NCBI GenBank assembly: GCA_965235115.1
Contig: OZ249436.1
Location: 26,166,001-26,230,000, forward strand
Source of the DNA: Laetmonice hystrix
Lineage: Eukaryota
Reading direction: 5' to 3'
Length of the DNA stretch: 64,000 bases
Positions 47,755 to 62,030 of this stretch are shown piece by piece; the first letter of the stretch is position 1; every line of letters starts with the position of its first letter. The notes below the pieces were generated by a model. It was not told the origin of the DNA, did no database searches, and worked only from the letters and a program-made list of their open reading frames with translations. Both the position numbers and the translations under genes were made by a program.

Positions 47755-50487
47755 AGGGTTACAAGGATCTGAATTACTACTTTAAAGAATTGAAAAGTAA
47801 TATAACTGTAGATTACTAAACCATCCAGTTTTTTGTCCGTTTTGCGCCTATTTTATTATTAAAAAGCCCGTTTTCGTTCACCTGCACTGTATCATCCCGA
47901 AGCAAATAGCCTAATGCCAGAAATTGAGTCACGTGACCGATGACGTGTCAACATGTGCAGGGCTCGGAAACATGGCCAACATGGCATCTAGATCTACGGA
48001 GAAGACCGATAGTTTCTGATGAGATACATTACTATTAGTGGGGATGGGGAATCCAATGCAAGCCTAGGTTCAGATCTAGGAAATGTTGTTGAGCCATAGG
48101 CCTAATCTATATCGAGTTAAACCAGACTAGAGGTCTCAGACTCAGCAGAATCGGATCATGAGAACGTCGAAGACGAAGCCCTCGAAGTTGAATGGCTTGA
48201 TCTTGACTTGATCACATTGGTCAATGAATCTGTGCCTGCTGTAACAAACTGTTAGTATCCCCTTTAGTTCATTAACACGTCTAGGTACTAAGGTAGGTAA
48301 TTACAGCAGTAGGTTGTTGTCTAGGCTATTTACCGTGGTAGCTAATCCTCGCTAACCCGAACCGGGCACTGACACTCGCTCGCGCGGCTGGCATCATGGC
48401 ATGCATGGCTGCGTGTCATACACTGCGCGCCCCAGGCGGGCCCCGCCTTGTTTTTCTGGCATTAGTCTTCTTCCCACCACGGCGGCCTCCATATATTCTG
48501 GTCCTAAATAAACTAACTATAGGTAGCCTATAGAATCTAGATATTGATTTTTCCCTTTGGCATAGGCATAGCCTTGCTAGATCATTGCCTAGATTGTGTG
48601 CAAGTTGACAACTTACTGTTGAGGGTCTGCAGTCGCTGAGCCGAGCCAGCCTCCGAGGCTGTGACTGCGAGCCCGGGACGTGGGCAACCTGTCCCGGCGG
48701 ATAACGCCTACCATCTACCCTATAGGCTATAGGACTAGATTTCATTTGTTTCTGGAAGAGCATGCCCCAGGGCTGTAGTGTGAACCCCTGTGCAACCGCA
48801 CAAAATTGTCAACATAGCCTATGACTATGTTAACCGTCCCCGCTTTGCCTCGCCAGCTAACTAGTCACCGGGACGACAGTCGACGGTGTCTAAAACACTC
48901 CTGGCAACTCGTTCACGGCAGACCCTGGACGGGGCCGTGGGTAGACTAAAATCCTGTCCGAATTTTGTCAAAACTCAGAATGATGAATGGGGTTGGGTTG
49001 GGTGGGATGGATAATCTTTTGCTTGCCTTGGTCATTTACTCTTGGGTTAACATGTTAGGACAGACTGCTTGGACCTTGGTCGAGTTTTGTGCCTGACCGG
49101 CTGACGGGAGACCGGTCCTGGTGTGTTGGAGTACACCACTAGTAACTTTTAACAAATACGGTTTTATACATCAGTTTTAGCTAGTCACACACTTTCCTAT
49201 GTTAGAGTATCCAAACCAACAGCAAGCCTTAGCCAGAAGGGCAGCAGGTACAACTACAGAGTCATAAATCATTCGCCTACAAGAGGAAGGTTCAGCAGGT
49301 ACAGCAGAAAAGCAATAACTCATCCACCTTACCAGCCCAAACCCCTCCACAGGTTCAGGTAGTGCAGGCTTAGTCACGAACCAAGAAAATCCCCCGAAAA
49401 GCTGGTAGATATATAGACGCGCAACCTTGCAGTAGTCGTATGTGGTTTTAACTTGGAGATGAGCAGACGTGGAGTTCTCTCGCTCAGCACTTAGCTTTCT
49501 CATCATCCCGCACTTGGGAGGTTTTCAGCATTCAGCCTTTGCAATAGGAGATCAGTACGGAAACAAGACTTTGCAGATTCTTCGGAATTACTGAGAAACG
49601 TTTAGGATTCAGACTTTCGGACATTACACATCACAGCTACTAGGGGAGTTCAGAGAAAGGGAGGTGAGAGTCAAAACTTGTAGCGTATGTGAACATCACA
49701 CTTGTACTTTACTTCAACTTCAGAGGAGACACTTGTACTTTACTTCAACTTCAGAGGAGACACTTGTACTTTACATCTACCGCGAGGAGATATCTGTACT
49801 CTACACACGGACGGACTCTACATCCGGATTGTCTTAATAAATGATTGAACCTTCGACCGCTAGTCATCCCTCAGTCTGAGTTGGACCCCATCTCACGAAG
49901 CCATACGATCAGAGCCTAGCTTACCCCTACGTTTAGAAGACATTATCGGGAAAACCCTCTCGCAATAGCCAAAGCTCTACCCCAACATCGAATACCCATT
50001 TAAACGACAGAAACCCCAAAACCCTAAACAAAGGCCCGATACACTGGCATGCTGGTTTGGCCAACGATACACGCCCACATGATTGTCCACGCTTCTCTTA
50101 CCACAACATTGCGGCACACCGCCATCTATTCACTCGTTTACTCCACTCATTGCCCTTGACACCTGAATTTACCTCCGTGGCAATGGAATTTGAGGATGAT
50201 CATGTCAGGCATATCCCGAAAACAACACACGGCCGACTTTAGCCTACTACGGTCACAGTCATAATGGCGGCTCTGCACATGTTGACACGTCACACACCGG
50301 AGTTTACCGAAGATTGCCGAGGATTAGTGAGATTCCAAGATTGTCATATATGGAGGTATAAATGTGTGTATATTTAATAAAATGCATTTATTTTCACAAA
50401 GCTTGCAGGGGATGATTTACAATAAGTTTCAACGATGCTCTTTCAAAAGAAAAAAAAGTACCATTAATTTCAGATCCTTATTACACT
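47755..50487. mobile_element. Kolobok-like TIR element with TTAA TSD
   Basis: TTAA|AGGGTTACAAGGATCTGAA ... TTCAGATCCTTATTACACT|TTAA, with inner inverted TGACGTGTCAACATGTGCAG at ~47941 and ~50273. Confidence 0.72.
48774..50049 (+). mobile_element. Possible solo LTR nested in the Kolobok-like element
   Basis: TGTAGTGT ... ACACTGGCA ends, a 31-bp tandem repeat at ~49699-49800 and AATAAA at ~49836. It shares GGAGTACACCAC with the LTR at ~3338. No clean TSD. Confidence 0.45.
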
Positions 50488-51027
50488 TTAATAAATAGTC
50501 TGAGCACAGCATGTGGATCGCTGTTGGAACAAACCCACTTTACTTTAGCTTAGCCTTAGTTTAGGCCTACCTCGACGCATGTTGTGCACCCACCTCTTCA
50601 GAATTACAGCCTACAGGTTTTATTTTAGAGGGGAAAGCATGAAAGCTCTTTTGTTGATCCAAATTCTTAACCTTTCGGTTGTTACAACCCCACTGCCGCA
50701 CAAAGTCCTGGAATACTCCTTGTTGTGGGCCGAACTCGCGGTAAGTTTAGCTAGTCTACGCCTTGAGTCTACGCTGTAACGTTAGGCCTAGGCCTACCAA
50801 AGTTGTTGTCCCTTCGTGACGTCACTACCAGCATTTTGCCAGGTGGCAGCTATAGTTCTGTAGATTTCCGCAAGGCGTCAGCATGCGTCCTTTTTGCAAG
50901 ATGGCGAAAAGACTATCAACTACTAAGTCCCGTTTCTGATTAACAATCATTAATTACAAGTGCAGTCTAAAAATATGAATATGGTATAGACGGGCTCTAG
51001 TACTATCAAGTTAACATCTGATAACTC

Positions 51028-54000
51028 AACTAGAAATTGTTCAGTCCGAACAGGACGTCTCCCCTTTTTTAAAGTAATGACATCATATAATTTTTGAGAG
51101 AGGACTAATTAGTATGAAAGTAGTGTGTTGCAAAAGCAATGATATAGCTATGGCAGATTTTCTATGCGAAAGAAAAGATTAACTAGTTGCGAGGTGCCCA
51201 GGGCACAGGTATCCCATTCACCAGTCAATGGTGTTAAAATCGGAAATTAGGTCAACTTGGCCGCCATCTTGGATTTTTCAAATTCTGTTCAAATGGGTCA
51301 AGTTTTCCATCCTAACCCCAATGGTGAAAACCAGACGTTGATATCTTTAACCGTTTTAGAGATATCACTGATTTTTTGTTAAAAATGACCTAAAAGGGCC
51401 AACTTTGAAGAGCCATAACTTGGAAACTATTGATTTTAGGGGAGCCATCTCGGTGTCAGAGACAGCTGACCTATTACCCAATCCAATGGTGTTAAAATCG
51501 GAAATTAAGTCAACTTGGCCGCCATCTTGGATTTTTCAAATTCAGGGAAAATGGCTCAAGGTTTTCATCCCAAACCCAATGGTCAAAACCAGACATTGAT
51601 ATCTTTAACCGTTTTCGAGGTATCACTGATGTTTGGTTGAAAATAACCTAAAAGGGCCAACTTTGAGGGGCCATAAGATGGAAACTATCGAATTTAGGGG
51701 AGCCATCTCGGTGTCAGAGATAGTGGACCTATTACCCAATCCAATGGTGCTGAAATTGGAAATTAGGTCAACTTGGCCGCCATCTTGGATTTTTCAAATT
51801 CGCTGAGGATGGGTCAAGTTTTTTATGCTAAACCCAAAGGTGAAACCCAGACATTGATATCTTTAACCGTTTTCGAGATATCACTGATCTTTGGTTGAAA
51901 ATTACCTAAAAAGGATGGGGTCACGTGACAGCATTTAAATTGAAAACTCATATATGATTTTCCATATGAGTTTAATAGGAACCATGGACCCATCTGGCTC
52001 TGTTTCTAAGTTACAGCCATCTTAAAATACCAATGACGTCATAGGGCAACGTAGGGTCACGTGACCTAACTAAAAATGGTGTCATTTGAAAGGCCATATA
52101 TGACTTCCTATGGGTATCACTAGTACGTATGGGCCTATCTGGCTCTTTTTCCAAGTTACTGCCAGCTGAAAACACTGATGACGTCATACAGCCATATATG
52201 GTCACATGACCTAATTAAAAATGGTGTCATTTGAAAGGCCATATATGACTTCCTATCTGTCTACAATAGTAACTATGGGCCTATCTGGCTCTGTTTCCAA
52301 GTTATTGCTAATTGAAAATACCGATGATGTCATAGAGTCACGTAGGGTCACGTGACCTAATTAAAAATTGTGTCATTTTAAAGGCCATAATGACTTCCTA
52401 TCTGTCTTCAATAGTAACTATGGGCCTATCTGGCTCTATTTCCAAGTTACTGCTAATTGAAAATACTGATGACGTCATAGAGTCACGTAGGGTCACGTGA
52501 CCTAATTAAAAATGGTGTGATTTTAAAGGCCATATATGACTCCTATCTGTCTTCAATAGTAACTATGGGCCTATCTGGCTCTATTGCCAAGTTACTGCTA
52601 GCTGAAAATACCGATGACGATAAGGTATGTATGTATGTGGGTAAGGGTGTGGGTGTGTGTGTGCGATGTGCTGGCTGTGGTAAAGGAGTTGGTGGTTGTT
52701 GGTGGAGCGTGGAAGTGTTATGTAACTCAGTTGTGGGATCTGCGGTGGTGGGGTATGGAAATACCGGCGACGACATGCGAGATGCGAGAAGCGACATGGA
52801 ACCGAACACTGTCAATTTAGCACATAGAATGTTTCTTATTGACACCGACATCACGATCCACTGCTCAATTAGTGCCTATTTAACAATAATTTTGGGGCTA
52901 AAGTGAAAACTAACACTAACCGTAGGCCTAACCTTTACCCTAACCCAAACACACTGTCTCGCATCTCGCATGTCGTCGCCGGTATTCCATAGGTGGGGGA
53001 CGGGCGGCCGGCCCGTGTAGGGGTTTGGTGGGGAGTTACCACGGCTGAGAAGGACGCCTGACTGGGGATTGGCGGGAGTTGCTAGGGACAACGGCTGAGA
53101 ACAGGCGCACAGGCCAGTGACTGGGAGCGGGCCCGCTGGCGAATTTTTTTCCCACGCTAGTTCTGGATACTCATTAGCATACAGCCAATCAGAAACAAGT
53201 TGTTTACGCGCTGTGTAAGCCGCATAAGTCGGAAACTATTAACTGTAGAGAAAAACACTTAATGTAGCGGTTGTAGGGAAAGACCTGGAGATTCTTCTCC
53301 ACCAAGTTTCATAAAGATACGGTCAGGGGTTTGGGATATATAAAAGGCTTCTCTAAGGTTGGCACGGTACTGAGGTCAAAGGTCATGAAGTGCTAAAAAT
53401 AGCAAAATCCCGAGAAAATATCCACAGTTGTCTTTTCCCCAAATTAGGACTTTCTAGCCCCGGTAGTTTTTGAGCTGACGTCAAGTAAGCGCCCAACCAC
53501 TTCGAAAATGTTGAAGGTCACACAGAGGTCATCTGGGGTCACAGGAACGTGTCCTCCGGGAAATCTAAATTTGGCACATAGATGACCCTGCTGACCAAAT
53601 TTGATGTTATTCCAGCCAGTATTTTCCGAGTTATGGCTTTGGCAAAAAAATGGCACGTGCCATTTTTTTTAGATCAGCCGCCATCTTGAAAGTTCTGGGT
53701 CAACCAAACTGGTTTTCGAACTTGTCCAAGCCCCGGATGAAAGAAGGCCGACATACCAATTTTGGATCGATTCAGGCTATTTTTCTCGCGTTATCGTGAT
53801 CACAGCACAAGTTGGCACATTCGTGCCACAGAAGAGGTCAAAGGTCAAATGGCACTATAAGTAGAAACAAAGATTTTTCAGAAGGTTCTGTCGGGCAATT
53901 TCAAATTTGATAACTCCCTCTCTAACAGTGGCCGAGTTATTCCAAAAAGAAGAAAATAAAAGAAACAAAGAAAGAAAGAAAGAAAGAGAGAGAGCGGTCA

Positions 54001-54052
54001 GAAACAGCGTGCAAAACAAAACGTCTCCCCCAGCTGGGGGGAGACGTAATAA
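51028..54052 (-). mobile_element. Helentron-type element (second family) with nested arrays and insertions
   Basis: Left end AACTAG, hairpin, ACGTCTCCCC; right end ACGTCTCCCCC-agct-GGGGGGAGACGT-AATAA; (GAAA)n at ~53965. Contains 258-bp units (~51225-51910), ~146-bp units (~51920-52620) and a small TIR element at ~52754-52990. Confidence 0.75.
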
Positions 54053-55865
54053 GCAGGAGAAGAGTGTTCCTTTAATTACTTTCATACCTGTGACAGCTAT
54101 AATGATTGTAATTTGACATGTCAGTCGTGGCAGGCATCATCTTACTGTTAAAGTTACTTTTGAAATGACATTCTACAAGGTCAGATATAAACGCTATTAC
54201 ATTTCGGAACTGACATAACTGAATAAGCCATATTGGAGTTACGAGTGCGCATGCTCGGCGATTCGACCTTGACCAAGGTCACGACTGACAGACCCAAACA
54301 AAAGGCCAGGGAAGCGTGTTCAACGAGTGTCAATCCTACTTTTCCTACTCATTAGCGCATTTCATCAAAATTTATCGGGCCCAACTAAAAACTAATAACT
54401 AAAAACATTTTTCATAGCGGTGAAAATATTAATCTTTAGGCATGGCAAGTTTCATAATGATTTATTGCTAAGTTTATCAAATAAGACTTTGGATACACCA
54501 ACTCAGTCTCCTGGCAGACAGGGCCGTTCGCCGCGCACACATGACCGACCTGCGAGCCAGTCACGGTGGAGAGAAAGTGAGCTCAGGTCCGTCAACACGA
54601 CCCCCTCTCCCCCGCCTTGCTTCCTGTCAGTGCCCCAGGCTCGTCCTGTCTCGACTTTTTGTCATTACTTTTCTTGGCTAACTACTGCTCCAAAATATAT
54701 GAAATTTATGGCTGAAATCGGCCGCAGGAGGGTGGGGCCGAGCATCGCGGGAGAAAGGCATGGCATGGTTTCACCGTTCCATAGAGGGTATGGTGCGTTC
54801 CGTGGCTGGAGGCGGACGAGCTGTCCGCCTGCCAAACAGCCATAAAAGTCTAAAAACCGGTAAGATTCCGCCTGAGTAACGATGAAAACGGCAAAAAACT
54901 GCCAGAGTAACATATCAGAAGCGCCAATCGCGATCGGAAGCTGGCCATTTCAATCTTTGAATATGTCCAAAGTCTAAAACGGCTAGTTCCGTCTGTCAAC
55001 GTCTAGATGCGTCTGAAAACCAGCTGAAAAACGAATGAAAAACGAATATTAAACAGGAACTGTCACAGATGTGTTAAAATGTGGAATAGTGGCATACACA
55101 TGTCTTATTTAATGCCCATAATACATTCCAGACTGCTCACGGGGGAAAAAAATTCCACAAGCACTTTATAGCCTTTTTTGCCAAATGGACACAGAAAGGT
55201 TCAAATTGCGCGCGAATTATGTTAATGAGGTTGTGACGTCAAAGTGAGAAGACAACCGAGAGGAAAATGGCGATCACAGTGGTAAACACGGGTGAGGACA
55301 GTGCACTCCTCCCCCTCCTCCTCGTTTAGATCCTCGTCTGACTTTGAAGATTTTGTGCTACCAGTGGAGCAGGATAATACTGAAGTCAGTAAAGATTATC
55401 ACCAACAGGCAGAACCGATGGGGCAGTGTCACTGGCTGACGGGGGAAGGGGAGGCATGGCTGGACTAGTCTGTCAACTGCATGCAGTTGCTGACGGGGCC
55501 TGTCCACCAAGTCCACCGTTCTCGCTTTGACGTCATTATCTGGCGCGGGTTTTGAATGGCATTTCGTTTCTAGGGCCGTTGCTATGGGCCGTTCTAATTA
55601 ACGGGTGGACATAATAAAACGCAATTAACGAATTTTATTCCTCTACCGTATTACATTCAGTACATATCATGAGATGCCTTCTAAATGACAGTGACGGTAC
55701 ATCTTTAAAGTCCAATAAACGTACGCCTTCGTTTTTTAGACGGAATTGTTAAACGGCGCAGTGTGGCAGTAGCTTTAGAGATAAGTGTGAGAAACGCCTT
55801 GACATATCCAGCTGAAAAAGCTTGGGCCCTGCATACCTAAAACTTCTCACAACAATAATTTTTAA

Positions 55866-57045
55866 AACTAGTGTCAAGGTGCCATGGGCACAGGTATCCC
55901 ATTCACAAAATGAGAGGAATAAATTCTTGAGGAATAGTGATTTTTTTCACATTTTGACCCATGAAGGTCAATGGCCAGAAGTCAAACTGATGATCAGATT
56001 TGAGAGGGGACCATTTACCATCAGTATGAAGTAGAAAGAGCATGTTAACTTCCTATCCATGTTCAATAATAACTGCAATATATAAATGGTGAAAACCAGA
56101 TATTGATATCTTTAACCATTTTTGAGATATCATTGATCTTTGGTTGAAAATAACCTAAAATGGCCAACTTTGAGGGGCCATACCATGGAAACTATTGATT
56201 TTAGGGAAGCCATCTTGGTGTCACAGACAGTTGACCCATTACCCAATCCAATGGTGCTGAAATAGAAAATTGGGTCAACTTGGCCGCCATCTTGGATTTT
56301 TCAAATTCGAGGAAAATGGGTCAAGTTTTCCATCTTAATCCCAATGGCGAAAACCAGACGTTGATATCTTTAACCGTTTTAGAGATATCACTGATTTTTG
56401 GTTGAAAATGACCTAAAAGGGCCAACTTTGAGGGGCCATAACATGAAAACTATTGATTTTAGGGGAGCCATCTCGGTGTCAGAGACAGCTGACCCATTAC
56501 CGAATCCAATGGTGTTAAAATAAAAAATTAGGTCAACTTGGCCGCCATCTTGGATTTTTCAAATTCGAGGAAAATGGGTCATGTTTTCTATCCTAACCCC
56601 AATGGCGAAAACCAGACGTTGAAATCTTTAACCGTTTTAGAGATATCAATGATTTTGGGTTCAAAATGACCTAAAAGGGCCAACTTTGAGGGGCCATAAC
56701 ATGAAAACTATTGACTTTAGGGGAGCCATCTCGGTGTCAGAGACAGCTGACCCATTACCCAATCCAATGGTGTTAAAATCAAAAATTAGGTCAACTTGGC
56801 TGCCATCTTGGATTTTTCAAATTCGAGGAAAATGGGTCATGTTTTCCATCCTAACCCCAATGGCGAAAACCAGACGTTGATATCTTTAACCGTTTTAGAG
56901 ATATCAATGATTTTTGGTTGAAAATTACCTAAAAGGGCCAACTTTGAGGGGCCATAACATGAAAACTATTGATTTTGGGGGAGCCATCTCGGTGTCAGAG
57001 ACAGCTGACCCATTACCCAATCCAATGGTGTTAAAATCAAAAATT
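55866..57045 (-). repeat. Helentron-type fragment with a 258-bp tandem array (~3.7 units)
   Basis: GGCCAACTTTGAGGGGCCATA at 56162, 56420, 56678 and 56936. The end AACTAG...GTGCC.TGGGCACAGGTATCCCATTC is shared with ~51181. Confidence 0.88.
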
Positions 57046-57323
57046 TTAATCTTGAATGAAGACGTAATCAAATGGGTCGTTTTGGCGCCAAGAGTATGGC
57101 CATTTGATCATGTATCCGTTCAGCAGTGTTTTACCGGTAGTCGGTGTAACGCTATGGAGAAGTGGCGCTGTGGTCGTCGAGCATGGCAGGGTTACCACAC
57201 AGACGTTGCATCAACGATCCCCCCCCCCCCACCCCCCACCCCCCACCCCGCCCGTCTGCGTGTGCCGGATAACCGCTTGTAGGCGTTATTGGTGTGGTAA
57301 ACGTCAGGATTCAGAGTGTTAAA

Positions 57324-57661
57324 GGTGCTATTCGTGAACAAAAATTCAATTTTTTTATTTTTAATTTTGTTGACGTTTATGTGATCCCACCATCATGGAA
57401 ATAGATTCACAACAAAGGAAATCAAAATTTTTCATGGATAACGGCACAAATGGGGCTCTCTCAGAAGGCCTGTGGAGACCCTGACACGCCCCACCATAGG
57501 AAATGGCTCTATCTCGGTGCGCACCGAGATAGGTTTCAAATGCTGCACACAAACTAATAGAAGGTTTATCAGGCCAATGGTATCGGTAGGAATTGTTTCT
57601 AGTACTATGTGCACAATGTATGATAGGAGAAATGCCATTCTGTGCGAGACGAATAGCACCT
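57324..57661. mobile_element. MITE with TTAA TSD (Kolobok-like)
   Basis: TTAA|AGGTGCTATTCGT ... ACGAATAGCACCT|TTAA. Confidence 0.8.
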
Positions 57662-58542
57662 TTAACACATCAGAAGGACTTATAGCCATATTCCAATAGG
57701 TTTATGGGGCGAGGAGAGGGCCATTGTTGGTAGAAATGTAGGCCCTTATACTATATTTTGGATTTTCTACTTTTTTGTTTGGAAGTGGGAGTGGCAACTG
57801 TGTACTGTAGGCTGTAGGAAGGAACAAAAATATCGGGGGGGGGGGGGGGGCAGAAGTGACGTGATAAAGACTTCCCATATGGGTCTGCATTGAGGCTGCG
57901 GTCATTATAGGCCCCTTATAGACTCTATTGGGGGAGGGGGGGGGGCATCAGCCCTGTCTGCTCCCAGCTTAAATTATGTGGGGGTGTGGGTGGGGGTGGG
58001 GGGGGGGGGTGTGGGTGCGGGGGGAGGGCATTTTGGAAGCGGACAAAAAGTGCATGTATGAAATACATAGCCTAACGATATACAATTGAATTGGGGTCTA
58101 CTTGAGGTTGAAGTTTTCCTCTTATGCCGTTATACAGAGAAAGGTAATACGTATATACAATGTATAGGCCTAATTATCCACTTTATTGTGTGCATTTGTA
58201 TTATTATTTCAGAAGTATGATCACACCCAAAGTTCTGGCCATCAGATTTAATGGTTTCGTCGTGTACTGACGTGGAGACCCCATATACCCTCACCAGGGA
58301 CTCTAGACGTATACTAATTACACCAACATGCACAAATAAGGAACACATAAAAAACTGCCAATTTTTATTGTAATTTTAATACAAACGGCATAAATCTCAA
58401 CGGAACATCACAAAGTCTGAAGAGGTAAGGAAAGAAACATTCCACGGGTGTTGGCGCCCCATGCCGGACGCAGCGCCCCCTAATGGCTGACCGAAGAGGC
58501 GGATGACTTAGAATGTGCCTGGGGTTGAATCGAGTGGTACCA

Positions 58543-58571
58543 TCACTTTGCTGTCATCATCGTTACGAATT
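58543..58571 (-). CDS. Calmodulin-like protein, last coding exon (EFVTMMTAK*)
   Basis: ttcag|AATTCGTAACGATGATGACAGCAAAGTGA. It has 29 coding nt, the canonical size of the last calmodulin exon, and is in phase with the previous exon. Confidence 0.9.
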
Positions 58572-59329
58572 CTGAATGGAAAAACATGACGGGTGCATGA
58601 ACATAATTTTATCATAGGGAAACATGACTGGTAGGCCCTATATAGGGTAGGGCAGGGCAATAGAAATAATCTAAGAACATCAATGAAACGTAAAATGACA
58701 GATTATAAAGATTGAACTAGAAACTCTGATTGCCAAGCAATACAGGTAGGATCCCATTTCCCCAATGGTTTTCTATCATTACCTACATTTTTCTCTCCTT
58801 TTTAAAATTTGACTGTCCTGTGATTCCGCCAACTGTTCCACAGGTATACTTGACACTGCCGCGCCGACATTACCTCTGGAGGTTATTTTCATTTACATGG
58901 ATATTTACTAAGTACCCCTTTGACAATTATGAAATAGTATAGTCCTTAAACCTGTTGTCAGCATCATGAACAATTGACACGGATATCAAAAAGCGCCCTG
59001 CCAGGTCAGTGTCACACAAGGCCAATGGGTGTGAATGTCATCCACACCAGGCTTTTGACTCGAAACGAAGTGCAACTGACCAAAAGTTTGGCATGTCACC
59101 TTAATTCCACAGCCAACAATCAAAGTATTCCTTTATTCAGCTCTCCTCCCATGTAAGATTCAAAACCATACGTTAGACAGTTACACCTACAGTTCAAAAC
59201 CAGAGTTAATTCAGTTATGTCAGTTCTGAATACACATATTCCTCCAACCCCACCCTGACTGGGAGGAAAGGGGGAGTATCCAAAAACATGTATTAGACAG
59301 TTACACCTACAGTTTAGTTCCAAAAAAGA

Positions 59330-60590
59330 CCTAAACAATCAGTGGTATACATGAATCTATACACTTTACAATAATTACAACAATTATTGTTGTATTTGCA
59401 TATGGCTATCTTAAAACTGTTTCAAGATAGAGCCCATCAAAATCAAATTACATATTTCATCATCAATACAAAATTATTGTCTATTGATAAATTTATGAAA
59501 AAATCTATGCAAAGTTACCAATCGTTAATAGCAGCACAAATCTGGTGAACAAATACACGATTCCTATCTGACTGAAGCAATTTACCAAAAAAATGTCAAA
59601 AGTGACAAATTTTAAAGTCACGTGACTCTCTTAATATAAAATTCCTTATTTCTAAACGCCCCCATAAAGAGCCACCTTATGAGACTCTTCAGACTCTTTA
59701 GTAACTAAAGACATGTGTTTTTTATGTAATGTTAATGTTAGAAAGGTGTCCTTCCTACATTTAAAACATTTCCTATCTTGAAGTTCTAACAGACAAGTCA
59801 GGTAAATTCATCTCTTTCAACCGGTCACTATGCAACCACATGGAAACTGACCTGATTGAAACTGGCAACCAAAGATTTTCCATATTTGTGGTACTAAAAT
59901 TATGTAGGCCAGAGACCCTGACAGGGGTTGCCAGAAACTGACCCTTCCCAATGCTTCCCGCCAAAATACCATGGAACACCAAAGGCCTGCTGCCCAGCAG
60001 GCGCCCAGCAAGTGGTCCCGTCGGCCTGGTACAGCAAGTCTGTGATGTGGAGACGGTGGTCAGAACTGATAGGGGGCACTGGAAGTCTCTGATCTGCCGA
60101 GCTCAGGAGTTTCACCTCTCTTTATTCTATACTCGTTGGTTACACCTACAGTTATAAATACAAAGGCCCAGCTATTGATAGTATTGAAATGATACAGAAG
60201 CGAGCTTTTAGAGTAATATATCCTGGGACCACGTACCACCAGGTACTCATTGATGTAAACCTACCAATGTTGTTGAACAGACGGAAAGATCTATCTAAGA
60301 AGTATTTTAACGAAATGACGAAGCCATCACATAAACTAAACCATCTGGTACCAGAAGTAAGATCCATACCATATTCTTTGCGAGAATCTAATATTTACCC
60401 ACTAATTAAGGCAAGAACAAATAGATTTAATAATTCCTTTATTCCGTGGGCTTTACGCAATTACCAATGTGAACAATAACTGTTTTTGAATGTATATAAT
60501 TTTTTTTTCTTATGTATTATGTACTATGTATTAAGTATTATGTACACATATGTATGTTATCTTAATCCAACCTTATGGTTGCTAATAAAA

Positions 60591-60623
<33 letters not shown>

Positions 60624-61195
60624 TATCTTATCTTATCTTATCTTATTCAATTTAGTCTGTTCCCAGCAAGTGTCCACCAACCCACCCTGACTGGGAGGAA
60701 TGGGGGAGTCACCGCGACCCCGACCTTATCAGTAGCAGTTACGTAACGCTGCCGACCCCGGGCGGCTATTCAGAGCCGGTGGTCTGTATACACAGAGAGC
60801 CGACCGTCCAGAGTGACAAACATTTTTTTGTGAAGACTATACCGATTAAAGCTTACAGTTCTGACCATATTACCTTTCCAAGAAAAGAACTAAACGATCA
60901 GTGGTATACCAGACTCTATACACTTTGTAACTGTTATGTGTAGATGGCTATCATACACACGTTTCAAGATAGAGCCTGTCAACGTCAGATTACATATTTC
61001 ATCATAAATAAAAGGATATTGGTAAATTTATGCAAAAAAATTATGCAAAGTGACCAATATTTAATAGGAGCACACATCCAGTGACCAAATATATGATTCC
61101 TATCTCGTTGAAGCAATTTTAGCAAAAAGTGCCAAAAGTGCCAAATTTCTAAACGTCCCCATAAAGAGCCACCTTATGAGACTCTTCAGACACAC
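59330..61195 (+). repeat. Diverged direct duplication inside the calmodulin intron (~59330-59700 and ~60890-61195)
   Basis: Shared ATCAGTGGTATAC...GTTTCAAGATAGAGCC...CCCATAAAGAGCCACCTTATGAGACTCTTCAGAC. Confidence 0.8.
60160..60645 (+). mobile_element. 5'-truncated LINE 3' end (CR1/L2-group-like) with a (TCTTA)n tail
   Basis: IEMIQKRAFRVI...PSHKLNHLVP...YSLR...RTNRFNNSFIP is a typical post-RT C-terminus. It is followed by a 3' UTR, AATAAA (~60584) and a pentamer tail. Confidence 0.82.
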
Positions 61196-61787
61196 TTTGC
61201 CTACATATTGCCAAATATCAAGGGAGGAGATGCAATTTAAGCTGTTTAACATCTTTGACCTAGATCTCACAAAGGTCAAAAGTCAGAGGTCAAATTCACG
61301 ATTAATGCAAGTGCCTAATTAGGAACTATCATGCAGATTGCTCCTACTTTTCCAGAAATTCAAGAAATGAGCCCTCCTTTGAGAAACTTTAACACGTCAT
61401 AAGTCATTGACGTGACGTCATATGACGTAATCAGTCAATAGCTGATCATTTTAGTGGATGATCAATGTTCCCTGCAAGTTTCATGACGATACCTCCATAA
61501 ATAACCGAGATACACCCATAGTCTTACTACGCCAATAATCAGAAGAAGAAGAAGAAGAAGAAGAAGAAGAAGAAGAAGAAGAAGAGTGTAGATAATTATG
61601 AACAAAAAAACACAAATCTCACCTTTCCGCATGTGTTTTAGGGGTTGAAATATTTGGCATATTAATCCGTTTTGCCCAGGTACCTGGGCAAAAAGGATCT
61701 TTGCTCCGGGCAAAGAGGGTCAGTTCCTATGTTAGGGTAGATTCTAAAAATAAGTTTACCTATAGAGTTAGGTTCAGGTTCTCTCAC

Positions 61788-62030
61788 CGTTATAGTTTAC
61801 CATGCCGTCCCCGTCCAGATCAGCTTCCCGAATCATCTCGTCCACCTCCTCGTCCGTTAACTTCTCTCCCAAATTTGTCATCACATGTCGGAGTTCAGCA
61901 GCCGATATGAAACCGTTGCCGTCCTTATCAAATACTCTAAATGCTTCTCGTAACTCGTCTTCACTGTCTGTGTCTTTGATCTTTTTTGCCATCATGTGCA
62001 GAAACTCTTCGAAATCTATGGTGCCATTTC
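61788..62030 (-). CDS. Calmodulin-like protein, internal exon (EF-hands II to IV)
   Basis: [81 protein letters not shown]; 243 nt, bounded by ttgcag| and |gtgag. Confidence 0.95.

Noticed and set aside
52915..52950. Telomere-like CCCTAA/TTAGGG motifs (also ~43740 and ~61730)
   Set aside because: Only isolated degenerate units inside MITEs, not a telomeric array.
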